Below are positions 26,598 to 36,964 of a DNA stretch of 64,000 bases, piece after piece (position 1 is the first letter of the stretch; every line of letters starts with the position of its first letter). The translations under genes and the position numbers were made by a program. The notes beneath the pieces are model-generated. The model saw only the letters and a program-made list of their open reading frames with translations. It was not told the origin of the DNA and searched no databases. This DNA comes from an uncultured delta proteobacterium (GTDB lineage: Bacteria; Bdellovibrionota; FAC87; UBA2466), in assembly GCA_963778115.1 (NCBI GenBank), contig CAVZSV010000004.1:1952001-2016000 (forward strand), given 5' to 3'.

Positions 26598-28877
26598 TCA
26601 GTATTTCAGTTGAGTGAACTTCATCGAGATCTTTTTTACCCCTCGCCCCGGAAACTCCACCATGAGCTTATCTCCTCCGAGCAATTCTCTCACAACCCCT
26701 TCTCCAAAAGTAGGATGGACAACACGACTGCCCCGATGCAATTCGACATCCGAATAACTTTCATCGCTTGGCCCAGAGCTTCCCCATTCATCGATATCAC
26801 CGGCGGGAAGTTGGCTGAACTCTTCGTACGCGTCGTTCTCTTCTTTCGGCCGCGGAGGTAATCCTGGCCGTTCAAGATAGTGACGCCGGCGAGAAAAGTA
26901 GTCTGCCTTCTTAAGATCTCGATAGCTTTCAGGGATCTCTTCGATAAAACGGCTTATCACCCTGAAATGGGCATTCCCAAAGACGGTGCGATTTTTAGCA
27001 TAGAAGAGTCGAAGCCGCTTGCGGGCGCGGGTCATCGCGACATAGAAAAGTCGGCGTTCCTCTTCGATGGAAGCTTCATCAGCGGGCTCCCATCCTCTAA
27101 TGCTGGGAAAGAGCTCTTCTTCCAAACCTACAATCATCACTACGTCGAACTCTAACCCCTTAGCCATGTGAATGGTCATCATCTTAAGAGCGGGAGCTTC
27201 GGGATCAAATTTGTCGGTACCGGAGACGAGCGCTATCTCTTCCAAGAAACCGGCCAGAGTGATCGGTTTTTCGGGATGATCGGCCCCCGAACGCAGTTCA
27301 TATTCGATGATACTTTGACGAAGCTCCGCCAAGTTTTCAAGACGGCTCTGCGCTTCTACGCTTTGTTCATCAGAAAGACTCTTGCGATAGTTGCTCTCTT
27401 CCAAAACGTAATTGAGCAAATCGGAAGGTAGCATGGAGTCTTTGCACTCATTAAACCGCTGAATCATCTCAAAAAACTGTTTGAAGTTTTTCTTGGCTCT
27501 TCCCAAATCGACAAGCTCGGTTCCGTCTCTGCCGAATATTGATTCCAAGAGCTGCATGTGGCTTAAGCGCATCTCCGAGGCCTGTTTGGAGAAGCGTTCG
27601 AGGGATACCGCCCCAATTCCACGGGCCGGGACATTGATGATCCTGCGAAAGCTGACGTCGTCCTGCGGATTGGAGAGAAGCTTCAAGTAAGCCAAAGCAT
27701 CTTTGACTTCCAACCTGTCATAAAACTTAAGGCCACCATACACCTGGTAGTTAAGCCCTTTGGATCTGAGCATGTCTTCGATCAATCGAGACTGAGCATT
27801 CGTCCGATAGAAAACAGCGACTTGATTGAGAGGAAACTCCTCAATGGCCTCTTGGATCTGAGCTACGAGCTTAAAAGCTTCGTCGTGTTCGTCGTAAGCT
27901 TCGACCACTTCGATCTTTTCGCCGCTGTCATTTTGCGTCCACAGCGTTTTGTCTCGTCGCTCGGTATTGTAGGAGATGACCGCACTTGCCGCTTCGATAA
28001 TATTTTTTGTCGACCGATAATTTTCTTCGAGTTTGAAAATCTTAGCGTTAGGAAAGTCTTTTTCGAAGTTAAGAATATTGGTGATGTCGGCCCCGCGCCA
28101 ACGGTAGATAGACTGATCTTCATCTCCTACCGCGCAAATATTGCCATGCGCGCTCGCCAAGAGCTTCATCAAAAGATACTGGGCGCGGTTAGTGTCCTGA
28201 TATTCGTCTATTAAAAGATACCGAAACCGCTGCTGGTAATTCGCCAGAATTCGAGGATGTTTCTGAAAAAGCCGTACGGTCATTAAGATGAGATCGGCAA
28301 AGTCTAAAGCCGAGCACATTTTGAGCGCTTCGCCATAGCGAATAAAGATTCGCACGAAAGCATCTTCCAAAGGGCCGCCATAGCTAGACTTATAGGTCTG
28401 GTGATCTTCGCCTTCGTTCTTAATCTTATTGATCCGCCCCTGAATCGCTTTGGGGGAGATGACGTTGTCACTCACATTGAGCTCTTTCATGCACGCTTTG
28501 ATAAGCGAGAGCTGATCGGAATCGTCATAGATCGTAAACTGATTGTTGTAACCCAGGTGATGGATATCGGACCTAAGAATACGAACACAGGCCGAATGGA
28601 AGGTCGCTATCCACATCTCTTGGCTAGCGAATTTTAGCTCCGGGATCCTATCTAATATCTGATGCACTCGATGGCGCATCTCTCCAGCGGCTTTATTGGT
28701 GAAAGTAACGGCAAAGATCTCTCCCGGATCCGCACGGCGCTGAAAGATAAGGTGAGCAATGCGGTGAGTAAGCACCCGGGTCTTTCCGCTTCCCGCACCC
28801 GCCAAAATAAGGATAGGCCCGTCTCCGCTAATAACCGCTTCACTTTGCGGGATATTTAGGCCTTTCAAATAGTCCAA
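26598..28877 (-). CDS. uvrD: ATP-dependent DNA helicase UvrD/PcrA
   Basis: AGAGSGKT, DEYQDTN, VGDEDQSIY, TIHMAKGLEF, EEERRLFYVAMTRA and a C-terminal Tudor-like VVHPTFGEG. Confidence 0.95.
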   Translation of the reverse strand: MDYLKGLNIPQSEAVISGDGPILILAGAGSGKTRVLTHRIAHLIFQRRADPGEIFAVTFTNKAAGEMRHRVHQILDRIPELKFASQEMWIATFHSACVRILRSDIHHLGYNNQFTIYDDSDQLSLIKACMKELNVSDNVISPKAIQGRINKIKNEGEDHQTYKSSYGGPLEDAFVRIFIRYGEALKMCSALDFADLILMTVRLFQKHPRILANYQQRFRYLLIDEYQDTNRAQYLLMKLLASAHGNICAVGDEDQSIYRWRGADITNILNFEKDFPNAKIFKLEENYRSTKNIIEAASAVISYNTERRDKTLWTQNDSGEKIEVVEAYDEHDEAFKLVAQIQEAIEEFPLNQVAVFYRTNAQSRLIEDMLRSKGLNYQVYGGLKFYDRLEVKDALAYLKLLSNPQDDVSFRRIINVPARGIGAVSLERFSKQASEMRLSHMQLLESIFGRDGTELVDLGRAKKNFKQFFEMIQRFNECKDSMLPSDLLNYVLEESNYRKSLSDEQSVEAQSRLENLAELRQSIIEYELRSGADHPEKPITLAGFLEEIALVSGTDKFDPEAPALKMMTIHMAKGLEFDVVMIVGLEEELFPSIRGWEPADEASIEEERRLFYVAMTRARKRLRLFYAKNRTVFGNAHFRVISRFIEEIPESYRDLKKADYFSRRRHYLERPGLPPRPKEENDAYEEFSQLPAGDIDEWGSSGPSDESYSDVELHRGSRVVHPTFGEGVVRELLGGDKLMVEFPGRGVKKISMKFTQLKY

Positions 28878-28972
28878 AAAAGAGCTCTCCGTTGGGGAAG
28901 AAGGTATCTCAAGGAAGGATTTGAGTCACGTACGGGTTATTTGCGGATCTCGCACTAGCTCTTCCCCCAAAT

Positions 28973-29003
28973 AAAAAAGAGGGAGCCCTTTCAGGCCCCC
29001 TCT
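28973..29003 (-). terminator. intrinsic terminator
   Basis: Minus strand agagggggcc-tgaaag-ggctccctct followed by a T run, downstream of 29035-29454. Confidence 0.7.
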
Positions 29004-29034
29004 CCTTGTCCCCAACCCTAAATAGGGACAGAGA

Positions 29035-29454
29035 CTACTTGTTCTTCAAATAGCGTGAGCAGACGAGATCTTTAACTTCGCGATCGCCGTCCTTCACCAG
29101 GATCAATTGACCATCGGCTGTTTCGCCGTCGGCAAGGACTTCTAGGCCTTCCTTGAAACTGATTTGCAAGATGACCTGATCGGCATCCACTTTGCGGCTG
29201 CCTTCGGCGGTGTATCGCACGGTGTTTAATCGGTTGGTCTTGCTGATATCAGCTCCTTTTCGAACCAAGAGCGTTCCTTCGTCATTGCTGACTACCAAAG
29301 CAGCCGGGGTGCGAGTGCCTTGAGTAGGATCCACATTGTTGAAGAGTTTTACGTTATAGCCGTCGTTAGACTCACATTTGAATCCGCTTGCGAATACGGA
29401 CGTGCAAAGAACGAGGGCCGACACAGCGAACACACTGACGATGTTCTTTTTCAT
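29035..29454 (-). CDS. small secreted beta-rich hypothetical protein
   Basis: Signal peptide (SVFA/S), two terminal Cys, AGGAG RBS and its own terminator. Confidence 0.75.
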   Translation of the reverse strand: MKKNIVSVFAVSALVLCTSVFASGFKCESNDGYNVKLFNNVDPTQGTRTPAALVVSNDEGTLLVRKGADISKTNRLNTVRYTAEGSRKVDADQVILQISFKEGLEVLADGETADGQLILVKDGDREVKDLVCSRYLKNK

Positions 29455-29825
29455 GATACTACTCCTAGAAACAAACTAGGCCCCTAGGCTCCGGACGGAG
29501 TTCGGATGGCCTTAGCGGATGGAAAATTCGACGCCCCAAGCGTCGGTAAACGTCCAACCGAAACAATAAAGTTTAGGGTTTCTGGAGCCGAAAAATTCGA
29601 GAGGTCGTTTCCCCAACCCAAATTGAGGGCGACTTGCGGTAAGAAGTGCTCCATGGCTTTCGCCATTCTCTTAGGAGTGAGGGAGTTTTATTTCCCTTGA
29701 GATGGTAGATAGAAAATTTGAATCTTACCGTCAAGGAATTTTTTTAGAGGCGCGAGAGTGGTAGCTAAAAAAGCATAGGTACCACACCGATAGATCTCCT
29801 TCTCTTCCTGATCTACTATAGCCGA

Positions 29826-31847
29826 ATGCGTTTTCTACTCAGTCTCATCATCACTTTTACTTTCGCTCTACCGTGTTTTGCGCGTCACCACACAAGTAGA
29901 CATCCCGCGTCAACTCCCGCTTCAAGCTCCGCACTCCGAAAAATTTTGGAGATTGAAGACCACCGAATTGCCAAGGACCGCTTTCTCGCAAGTTCCGTCA
30001 TGAGCCCTTCCACCGGAGTTGCTCACGCCGCTATCCTAGCTCTCGGGCGTATCGGAGACACCGGTGCTTTCGATGAAATGGCTACGGTTATGAATCGAGG
30101 AAACTCCGATCTTAAAGCCATTACGTCTTTTTCCTTGGGACTTATCGGAGGAGATTTCCCTCTCAAGCTTCTGGTTCAGGAAGCAGCTCTCAACAAAAGT
30201 CCTGACGTACTCGCTCCGGTTTTGGTAGGAATCGGGCGCGCGGGCACGGAGAGAAGCCAGCAGCTACTCGCGAATTATATCAGCCCGGGCAATCATCCCA
30301 GAGTGATCGAATCGGCTTGTTTCGGACTTGGACTTTTGTGGTCGGGCAAGTCAGAAACGTGGGCGGTTCCTGATGGCGTTCTGGTGCGTTTAGCTGAAAT
30401 CGCTAAAGGAGACACGCTCCCAGCACTCTCCGCAGCGTTTGCCCTTTCTCGTTATAAAGCGGATCCCAAAAACTTTCCGGTCAAAGAGATCATTTCCGCT
30501 GCCCTCCAATCTCAATTGGTCTATGGCAAAGCGTTTCTGATCAAATCCCTCGCAAAGACTAAAAACAGCTCTGTTAGCGACGCGCTCATTCAACTCGCCG
30601 CCGGAAATAGTTACCCCCCTTTGCAAATCGAAGCCTCCAAAGCCCTCGCCGCCCAAGACATTACCACTCCGGGACTCAATGCACTTAAGGGGTTACTGGA
30701 TTCGCCGGATTCGGGTGTCGTAGTGACCGCCCTGGAGACGCTAGCGAGTTATGGACAAGCGGCCATTGCCACCGCGGACGCGGTAGAAACCCTTTTTCAA
30801 ACCACAGGCTCGGTCTGGGTGAGAGGTTCGGCCCTTGAAACACTGGCGCGACTAACCCCTTCAACGACTAGACCCAGAATTTTAGAGATCCTAAAAATAA
30901 AATCCTCTCCCATTCGATCTTCGGCGGCTCACGCCATTGCGGGAATTAATTCGCCCGATGACGGGGATCTAATCGCCTCGTTACTCAAATCTGATGAGAT
31001 CAAAGTAGTAGAAGACACGTTGGAAGGGCTGATGCTGTGGGGAGGACCTGGAATCTCCTCGACGATAAAAGCAGCCATGAGAAATGCCCTGGAAAAGGCC
31101 GACGTCGGAATTACGTCCATGGTAGCGGAACTCGCCGAAAAGATGCGCTGGAAAGATTTCGCGACTTCCCTTGCGACTACCTATCCGCTCCTCACTCGTC
31201 CCGATCAGCTCGAGGCCAAAGAATCCATTCTCTCTGCCCTTGGTACCGTCGGTGACAACTCCCACTTGCCCCTACTGCAATCGGCCCTGAACGATCCCGA
31301 AAAAGGGGTAGTAAGTGCCGCGGGGGATGCCATCAAAGCCATTTCGGGAAAAGATGAAAGCGCAAGAATTCCGCTAAACAGCCAAGTCAAAGACAGTACG
31401 CCCTCAAGTGCAACAATCGCCAATGCCATCGGACGTAAAGCCATCATCGTCACTTCTCGCGGAGACATTACCCTCAAGTTTCTTAATGTAGCTCCCGTGA
31501 CGGTGGCCCGTTTTGTCGAACTGGCGAAAAAGGGTTTCTACCGAAATACTATTTTCCACCGCGTGGTTCCCAACTTCGTTATCCAAGGGGGAGATCCCAG
31601 AGGAGATGGTTATGGGGGGCCCGGATTTTTAATTCGCGATGAGGTCTCCCCAACACGCCACTCTCGCGGCACTGTCGGCCTCGCCACGGCCGGCAAAGAT
31701 ACCGGTGGAAGCCAATTCTTTATCAATCTCTCTCCCAATCCCCATCTCGATGGTCGGTACACGGTATTTGCGGAGGTAACCAAAGGGATGGAGGTCGCGG
31801 ATAAGATTGAGGTTGGGGATAAGATTGTGGCGATTAAGATTCAGTAG
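29826..31847 (+). CDS. secreted HEAT-repeat protein with C-terminal cyclophilin-type peptidyl-prolyl isomerase
   Basis: HEAT-like ALGRIG repeats; GFY...FHRVVPNFVIQGGDP, GSQFFI and HLDGRYTVF motifs. Confidence 0.9.
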   Translation: MRFLLSLIITFTFALPCFARHHTSRHPASTPASSSALRKILEIEDHRIAKDRFLASSVMSPSTGVAHAAILALGRIGDTGAFDEMATVMNRGNSDLKAITSFSLGLIGGDFPLKLLVQEAALNKSPDVLAPVLVGIGRAGTERSQQLLANYISPGNHPRVIESACFGLGLLWSGKSETWAVPDGVLVRLAEIAKGDTLPALSAAFALSRYKADPKNFPVKEIISAALQSQLVYGKAFLIKSLAKTKNSSVSDALIQLAAGNSYPPLQIEASKALAAQDITTPGLNALKGLLDSPDSGVVVTALETLASYGQAAIATADAVETLFQTTGSVWVRGSALETLARLTPSTTRPRILEILKIKSSPIRSSAAHAIAGINSPDDGDLIASLLKSDEIKVVEDTLEGLMLWGGPGISSTIKAAMRNALEKADVGITSMVAELAEKMRWKDFATSLATTYPLLTRPDQLEAKESILSALGTVGDNSHLPLLQSALNDPEKGVVSAAGDAIKAISGKDESARIPLNSQVKDSTPSSATIANAIGRKAIIVTSRGDITLKFLNVAPVTVARFVELAKKGFYRNTIFHRVVPNFVIQGGDPRGDGYGGPGFLIRDEVSPTRHSRGTVGLATAGKDTGGSQFFINLSPNPHLDGRYTVFAEVTKGMEVADKIEVGDKIVAIKIQ

Positions 31848-31848
31848 T

Positions 31849-31905
31849 GACAGAAAAAAGGGACATTGCGAGCAGGCCAAAGGACGATGCGGCAACCTGT
31901 AGGTC
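31849..31905. repeat. degenerate REP-like element, copy B
   Basis: gaaaaaagggacattgcgagcaggccaaaggacgatgcggcaacctgtaggtc; lies between convergent genes. Confidence 0.45.
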
Positions 31906-31915
31906 CTAGAGGCTC

Positions 31916-33076
31916 CTACGCCACCGGCTTTTTTCTAGCGACGACTTGTGGTTTTGCCTGCCCTGAGAGCAAATACTCGTACATTTCAAATACCTGATTC
32001 GCGATATGATCCGGATCGAGTTCCGATCGGACCCACTTCTGAGCCGCTTTCAAAGCATCCGAGTGACGCGAGCGGGTCACCGCTTCCAAAGCAGCACTTA
32101 ACGAATCCACACTTTCCGCATGGTAAATACACTGAGGCAGCAAGGGTTTGAGATACTCAGCACTCCCGCTGGCATCGGGAATTAAAGGAAGGGTGCCGGC
32201 CATGATGGCTTCAAAAGGGACTCGCCCGAAAGGTTCTTCAAAAGAGGGGTAGATAACCGCCCTCGATTTGCGAATAAGGGCGTCCTTCTCGCTTGCGAAA
32301 ACAGGGGGCTTGACGAGAACTCTCTCTGAAATGCCTAACATTTCGGCATGTGCGCGCAAATCCTTATCGTAGCGACGCTCCACCGGCCCCACACAAACTA
32401 AAATTCCGTCGCCCCCCCATTTGAGGTACCGGTAAAAACCGTCTACTAAGAAAACGAGATTTTTTCGCTTTTCGATGCGACCGATATAGAGGAAATAGGG
32501 TTCCTTTTTCTTGGACCCGGTCTCCGATTCCGCGGGATATCGCTCTTCCACGATCGGATTGGCGATGACCTCGATGGCTCCCGCGGCAAGACGATAGGGG
32601 CGGAAGTGTCTTTTTTCAAAATGGCTAAGGGCAATCACCCGTCGGGCACCCCGCACAATGGTATTCCCCAGCAAGAAATTAAACAGTCTCTTTTTGACGA
32701 GGCTCCTGTGCCCTACCAAAAGCATTCCACGGGGATGAAGGACATAGGGAACGTGAAAACGACGGCAAAGGCGCGTTAGAAAGTAATTTTCTAATTTCCA
32801 ATGGCCGTTAAGGTGAAAGACGTCGGCTTCAGAACACAACTTATTTAGCGAATGAAAGGGGAAGAGCCATGCCAAGAAAGGGTCAAGACGCCGATACGTC
32901 ACCATTTTTGAGATTCCGTAACGACGAGCGAAAGTGTCGTCGAGCCGATGTTCCGCGCAAAGGACAGTCAGGTCGGCCAATCTCTGCAAATGGGAAGATA
33001 AAAGGGCCTCCGAGAATGCGGAACCGCCGTAAGTTCCTTTTAGCCCTGAACTGCTAAAGAGGACCTTGATTTTCAT
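31916..33076 (-). CDS. glycosyltransferase family 4 (GT-B)
   Basis: LYIGRIEKRKN and PSFEEPFGRVPFEAIMAG motifs. Confidence 0.9.
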   Translation of the reverse strand: MKIKVLFSSSGLKGTYGGSAFSEALLSSHLQRLADLTVLCAEHRLDDTFARRYGISKMVTYRRLDPFLAWLFPFHSLNKLCSEADVFHLNGHWKLENYFLTRLCRRFHVPYVLHPRGMLLVGHRSLVKKRLFNFLLGNTIVRGARRVIALSHFEKRHFRPYRLAAGAIEVIANPIVEERYPAESETGSKKKEPYFLYIGRIEKRKNLVFLVDGFYRYLKWGGDGILVCVGPVERRYDKDLRAHAEMLGISERVLVKPPVFASEKDALIRKSRAVIYPSFEEPFGRVPFEAIMAGTLPLIPDASGSAEYLKPLLPQCIYHAESVDSLSAALEAVTRSRHSDALKAAQKWVRSELDPDHIANQVFEMYEYLLSGQAKPQVVARKKPVA

Positions 33077-33082
33077 AAAATT

Positions 33083-34222
33083 TTAGACGTAATCGCCCTT
33101 TTTAATCTTCTCGACGATGATCTTTTCGGGCATCGTGGGGTCTCTGGGATCGACGGTGAAAAAGGCCTGTTGCTCGCAACGTCGCTTGTTATCCAACAAC
33201 CACTGCAAGATCTTCGAGAGCCCTTTATTCTTACGATCTCTAAAAAACGGATCGTTCTTGAGCGCATCTGAGGCCTTTTTTAAAGCTCGTGCCTCCTGGA
33301 TATCACTCTCTTTTACCGGGTAGTCGTTAAGATCGTATTTCTTAATATCGGTAGGCAGCACCCCCAAAAACCTTACATCGGGAGCAGAAAAGTCCGAGTT
33401 CCGAATCAGACTCGCGGCGGAACCCGCTTTTAAAGTACGAAAAATATTTTGCATCGTATAGGCGTCCAGATCTCCGAAGAAGTAGATCGGAACCTTAAGT
33501 TGATCTTGAATGAGTTTACACCAGCCCCGCACGGCATTGCTGGGAACTCCTTGCGCACCCATCAAAATCGCATTGTTTCGCTTACAAAAACCGTTCGCCA
33601 CAAAAGTATTTGCTGTACCTTCCGACTCGACGACTAAGCAAAAATCGATCTTCTTCTTGGCTTTAAGCTGCAAGCTCTGAGGTCGATTCTTGGGCTGGAA
33701 AGGGGAAGTTCCTAAGGAACTCAGATCGACCACTGCTTTTTCCCCATCGGGCATCGTTTCGGTGACTACAAGCTGATTAGAATAGGTCTGACCGCCTCGA
33801 TCGTTGGCGAAACAGTTTAGCTCCTCGCGATAACATTCGAGCATTTCGCAAATAAAATCGATGATCGAGTCACTTTCGTCCTGATCGGCAAAATCAAGCG
33901 GCTTTAACTCGGGATTGTGCTTTGTTTCGCCTTTCGAAATGTAATAAAGTTCGCGCTTCGTATTGACAGCACCCGTCTCCAAATTTCTAAGTAAGATCTC
34001 TAGGAGAAAAATCGCGCGCGACATTTTCTGGACCGACGAAACGTTGAGTTCCGTTCGCACCTTTTTCGATCCGGGAGTTAGGTATCCTACACTCGGAGTG
34101 TACTTGGCGTTATCCAGGGAGCATTTGATGGCCTCCAATACAGGACGTCTCGCGTTTTCGAGATCCGTCAGAAGCATGTTGCAAAGCTTTTTGGATAACT
34201 GCGGGACTGTTTCTTCTTTCAT
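33083..34222 (-). CDS. top6A: DNA topoisomerase VI subunit A
   Basis: TKRELYY (catalytic Tyr), Toprim LVVESEG, GxG.P (AQGVP) and FGDLD; ATGA-coupled to subunit B. Confidence 0.9.
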   Translation of the reverse strand: MKEETVPQLSKKLCNMLLTDLENARRPVLEAIKCSLDNAKYTPSVGYLTPGSKKVRTELNVSSVQKMSRAIFLLEILLRNLETGAVNTKRELYYISKGETKHNPELKPLDFADQDESDSIIDFICEMLECYREELNCFANDRGGQTYSNQLVVTETMPDGEKAVVDLSSLGTSPFQPKNRPQSLQLKAKKKIDFCLVVESEGTANTFVANGFCKRNNAILMGAQGVPSNAVRGWCKLIQDQLKVPIYFFGDLDAYTMQNIFRTLKAGSAASLIRNSDFSAPDVRFLGVLPTDIKKYDLNDYPVKESDIQEARALKKASDALKNDPFFRDRKNKGLSKILQWLLDNKRRCEQQAFFTVDPRDPTMPEKIIVEKIKKGDYV

Positions 34223-36048
34223 GCCGTCACCCTTTTCTCTTTAGCCGGCGCTCGCTTTTCAGCCTTTTTCTTGGCAGGCTTTGCGGCCTTTTTAGATTTT
34301 CCTTCCGACTTGGCTGAGACCTCATCACCCTCTGCTTCGGTATCGGCTTCCGCTTGCTCGGCGCCCTCCTCCTCCTCTTTTACGAGCTCGTCAGTCTTCA
34401 CGACGTGAACTTTACCCTTACTGACCGCTTCCTTGACCGCGCTATCGGCCTCTTTAAGATCCTTCTTGGCCGCATTCACATCACGTCCCAGAAGTTTGAT
34501 AATACCATCGGTAGCCTTTTTCTTGCGGCTGTCCGGAGCTTTGGTAATGCGGCATAAACAGTCGACGAGAATGGGACAAAATTGTTCAATATGGCGAAGT
34601 TTCTCTTCGAGATCGGCCTCTTTGTTTTCTTTTCGGATATGACGAGAGAGCCTTTGCCCCGCTTGAATAAGCGTCCTGCGCAACTCTTCGACCAATTCAT
34701 CACTTGCGTCGACGGTTTCTTTCGAAGCATTTTTAAACTTAATGAAAGGAGAGACCAAGCTCACCGCAATGACATACGGGCCTTGCGGAAGGCTGTCTTT
34801 AGGCTGCGCTAGTCCATAAGTACGCCAGTTGACCGTCTCGATCGCTTTCACCATGGCGCAGGCGGCCTTATCAAATTGAAGCGGAACTCGATTGGCGAAA
34901 CGTAAAATGGTGGCCGGAGATTCGTCGGTCTCCCCTTCCACTTTGGCGCCTCCACTCTTAAGTCGTGCGATGGCGACCTCAACCGCTACCGGTTTGTAAT
35001 CGCAAATGGTGGGTTTTCGAGTCACCACCGAAAAAAAGTCGACCTCGCCCAGACGTCGCACACTCTTGGAAAAAGCCTCTTCTCCGATAGTCATGACGGA
35101 GCGGGTACTGGGAGCCATCAACTCCGTTTTATGGATAGCGCTAAAGAGATCTTTAAAATCGCTGTCACTCGTCTTGTCGACCGACTGGTCCAGAACTTTC
35201 TTGTTCACGCCGTTCTTGATAATGGCGTCGATGACATTGTCGGTAATTCGAGAAAAACCTTTCTTTAGCCATGCCTTAATCGTGATCCGACCAAAAAGAT
35301 GAGAGTGGGCGATAAATTCGCCGAGTTTCATCGTATGAGGATGGGGAGTCGTGGCTTCGGGAATACCTGGACAGGTTTCACTAACTCTGGCCACCTTCTG
35401 CCACTCTTGATCGGGAACTTTATATTTTAACGTCAGGTGCGGATTCACCAAGGTGGTACCCAGAAGATAGGTCATCAACCCGCCTTCGCCATTGAGCTGA
35501 ATGCGGCCATCGATAAAAAACTCGACGCTAACACCATGAGGTTTAGTCTGTGCGACCGTCTTCTTGTCTTTAAGAACACCTTTGTTGTGCTTGATGTCGA
35601 CTTCGACCATGGAGGAGACGGCTTGCCGCATCTTTGCGGTCTTAGTCACCACCCTGACCCCTTTGGCACTCGTCAGCTGGGCCCAAGTCGTAGCCGCCGA
35701 AATTCCGATTCCCTGCTGCCCGCGAGAACACCGGCCGCGGCCGAACTTGGACGACGCTAAGTACTCCCCAAACACGGCTGAAATCTCGTCGACTTCAAGT
35801 CCCGGACCATTGTCTTCAACATAGATGCGGACGAGGTCGGTATTTTTTAAGGTCCCCGCTCCCACTTTCTCTATCTCGACCACTAGGTCGGGAAGGATTC
35901 CAGCCTCTTCACACGCATCAAGCGAATTGTCGACCGCCTCTTTTAGCGTCGTCAAAACAGCTTTGGTGGGGGATGAGAATCCAACCTGTTGGAGGTTCTT
36001 GGAAAAATATTCCGCCGTGCTGCTGGATGTTATTTTCTGCCGTGCCAA
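34219..36048 (-). CDS. top6B: DNA topoisomerase VI subunit B
   Basis: GHKL motifs KEAVDNSLDACE, EDNGPG and SKF..SRGQQGIG; transducer RFANRVPL and FKNASKE. Confidence 0.93.
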   Translation of the reverse strand: MARQKITSSSTAEYFSKNLQQVGFSSPTKAVLTTLKEAVDNSLDACEEAGILPDLVVEIEKVGAGTLKNTDLVRIYVEDNGPGLEVDEISAVFGEYLASSKFGRGRCSRGQQGIGISAATTWAQLTSAKGVRVVTKTAKMRQAVSSMVEVDIKHNKGVLKDKKTVAQTKPHGVSVEFFIDGRIQLNGEGGLMTYLLGTTLVNPHLTLKYKVPDQEWQKVARVSETCPGIPEATTPHPHTMKLGEFIAHSHLFGRITIKAWLKKGFSRITDNVIDAIIKNGVNKKVLDQSVDKTSDSDFKDLFSAIHKTELMAPSTRSVMTIGEEAFSKSVRRLGEVDFFSVVTRKPTICDYKPVAVEVAIARLKSGGAKVEGETDESPATILRFANRVPLQFDKAACAMVKAIETVNWRTYGLAQPKDSLPQGPYVIAVSLVSPFIKFKNASKETVDASDELVEELRRTLIQAGQRLSRHIRKENKEADLEEKLRHIEQFCPILVDCLCRITKAPDSRKKKATDGIIKLLGRDVNAAKKDLKEADSAVKEAVSKGKVHVVKTDELVKEEEEGAEQAEADTEAEGDEVSAKSEGKSKKAAKPAKKKAEKRAPAKEKRVTA

Positions 36049-36237
36049 GGTTTCCTATTCTTCTGTGTCAGGGTGTCTAAAAGTGTACTGATATCTTACT
36101 ACGATAATGGCTCCTAGAGAGAAAGGCAAAAGAAAGCGACGTGTCATGGTCGTGGTTAAGAAAGCGCCCTCCGATTTCGACATCTAAGTTATACTTTTCG
36201 CGTAACAGGCTTTCATCGGCTGGGATGGGGAGTGGCA

Positions 36238-36948
36238 ATGAAATCACTATCGAGACTTTCACTGGTAATACTTGTGATCGGGACTTTTTTTAACAGCCGC
36301 TCGGCACTAGCCGAAAATACCGACCCCGTTCTGGAGTCGTTGCGAGCCCGTCTTTTGGAACAGCAAATAGAGACCGACTACAAGAATCCTAAAGAGCCGG
36401 TCATTGAAAAAGATCGCGCCATACTAGGGAAACGAAACGCGCCGATCCTGATTGTCGCTTACTCGGATTTTCAATGTCCCTACTGCAAACGCGGGGCTGA
36501 AACTCTAGAAACGGTATTGCAGAAATACGGGAAAAAAGTGGTCTACGTCTTTAAGAACTTTCCTCTGTCTTTCCATCCTTTCGCCATGGCGGCGGCACAG
36601 CGTTTTCAAGCCATTGCTTACCAGAGTGCTAAGAAAGCTTACGAGTACCACGACCTGGTTTTCAAAAATCAGGACCAGCTGGATGCAAGAGGGGAAGTCT
36701 TCCTTGATGAGATCGCAAAGCGTGTCGGCGCCAATATGACCAAGATGAAAAAGGAGATGGGAAGCGAGAGGCTTAAGACTCAAATAGATGCTGACATGGC
36801 GGAAGCCCAGAAATTTGAGATCACAGGAACTCCAGGCTTTGTCGTTGCCGGTGTCCTGTTGAAGGGGGCTTATCCTGCCGAAATGTTCCAAACTATTATC
36901 GATCGAAGATTAGCCGATGCTGCGGCTCGCACGATTAGTTCGAAATAA
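36238..36948 (+). CDS. DsbA-family thioredoxin-fold protein
   Basis: YSDFQCPYC, FPLSFH and cis-Pro GTP motifs; signal peptide. Confidence 0.9.
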   Translation: MKSLSRLSLVILVIGTFFNSRSALAENTDPVLESLRARLLEQQIETDYKNPKEPVIEKDRAILGKRNAPILIVAYSDFQCPYCKRGAETLETVLQKYGKKVVYVFKNFPLSFHPFAMAAAQRFQAIAYQSAKKAYEYHDLVFKNQDQLDARGEVFLDEIAKRVGANMTKMKKEMGSERLKTQIDADMAEAQKFEITGTPGFVVAGVLLKGAYPAEMFQTIIDRRLADAAARTISSK

Positions 36949-36964
36949 TCCGAAGATGCTTTAT

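Noticed and set aside
33083..34222. Stand-alone Spo11-like or Wadjet JetD-type defence nuclease
   Set aside because: It is directly coupled to a full Top6B with transducer motifs, and no SMC/jetABC genes are nearby.
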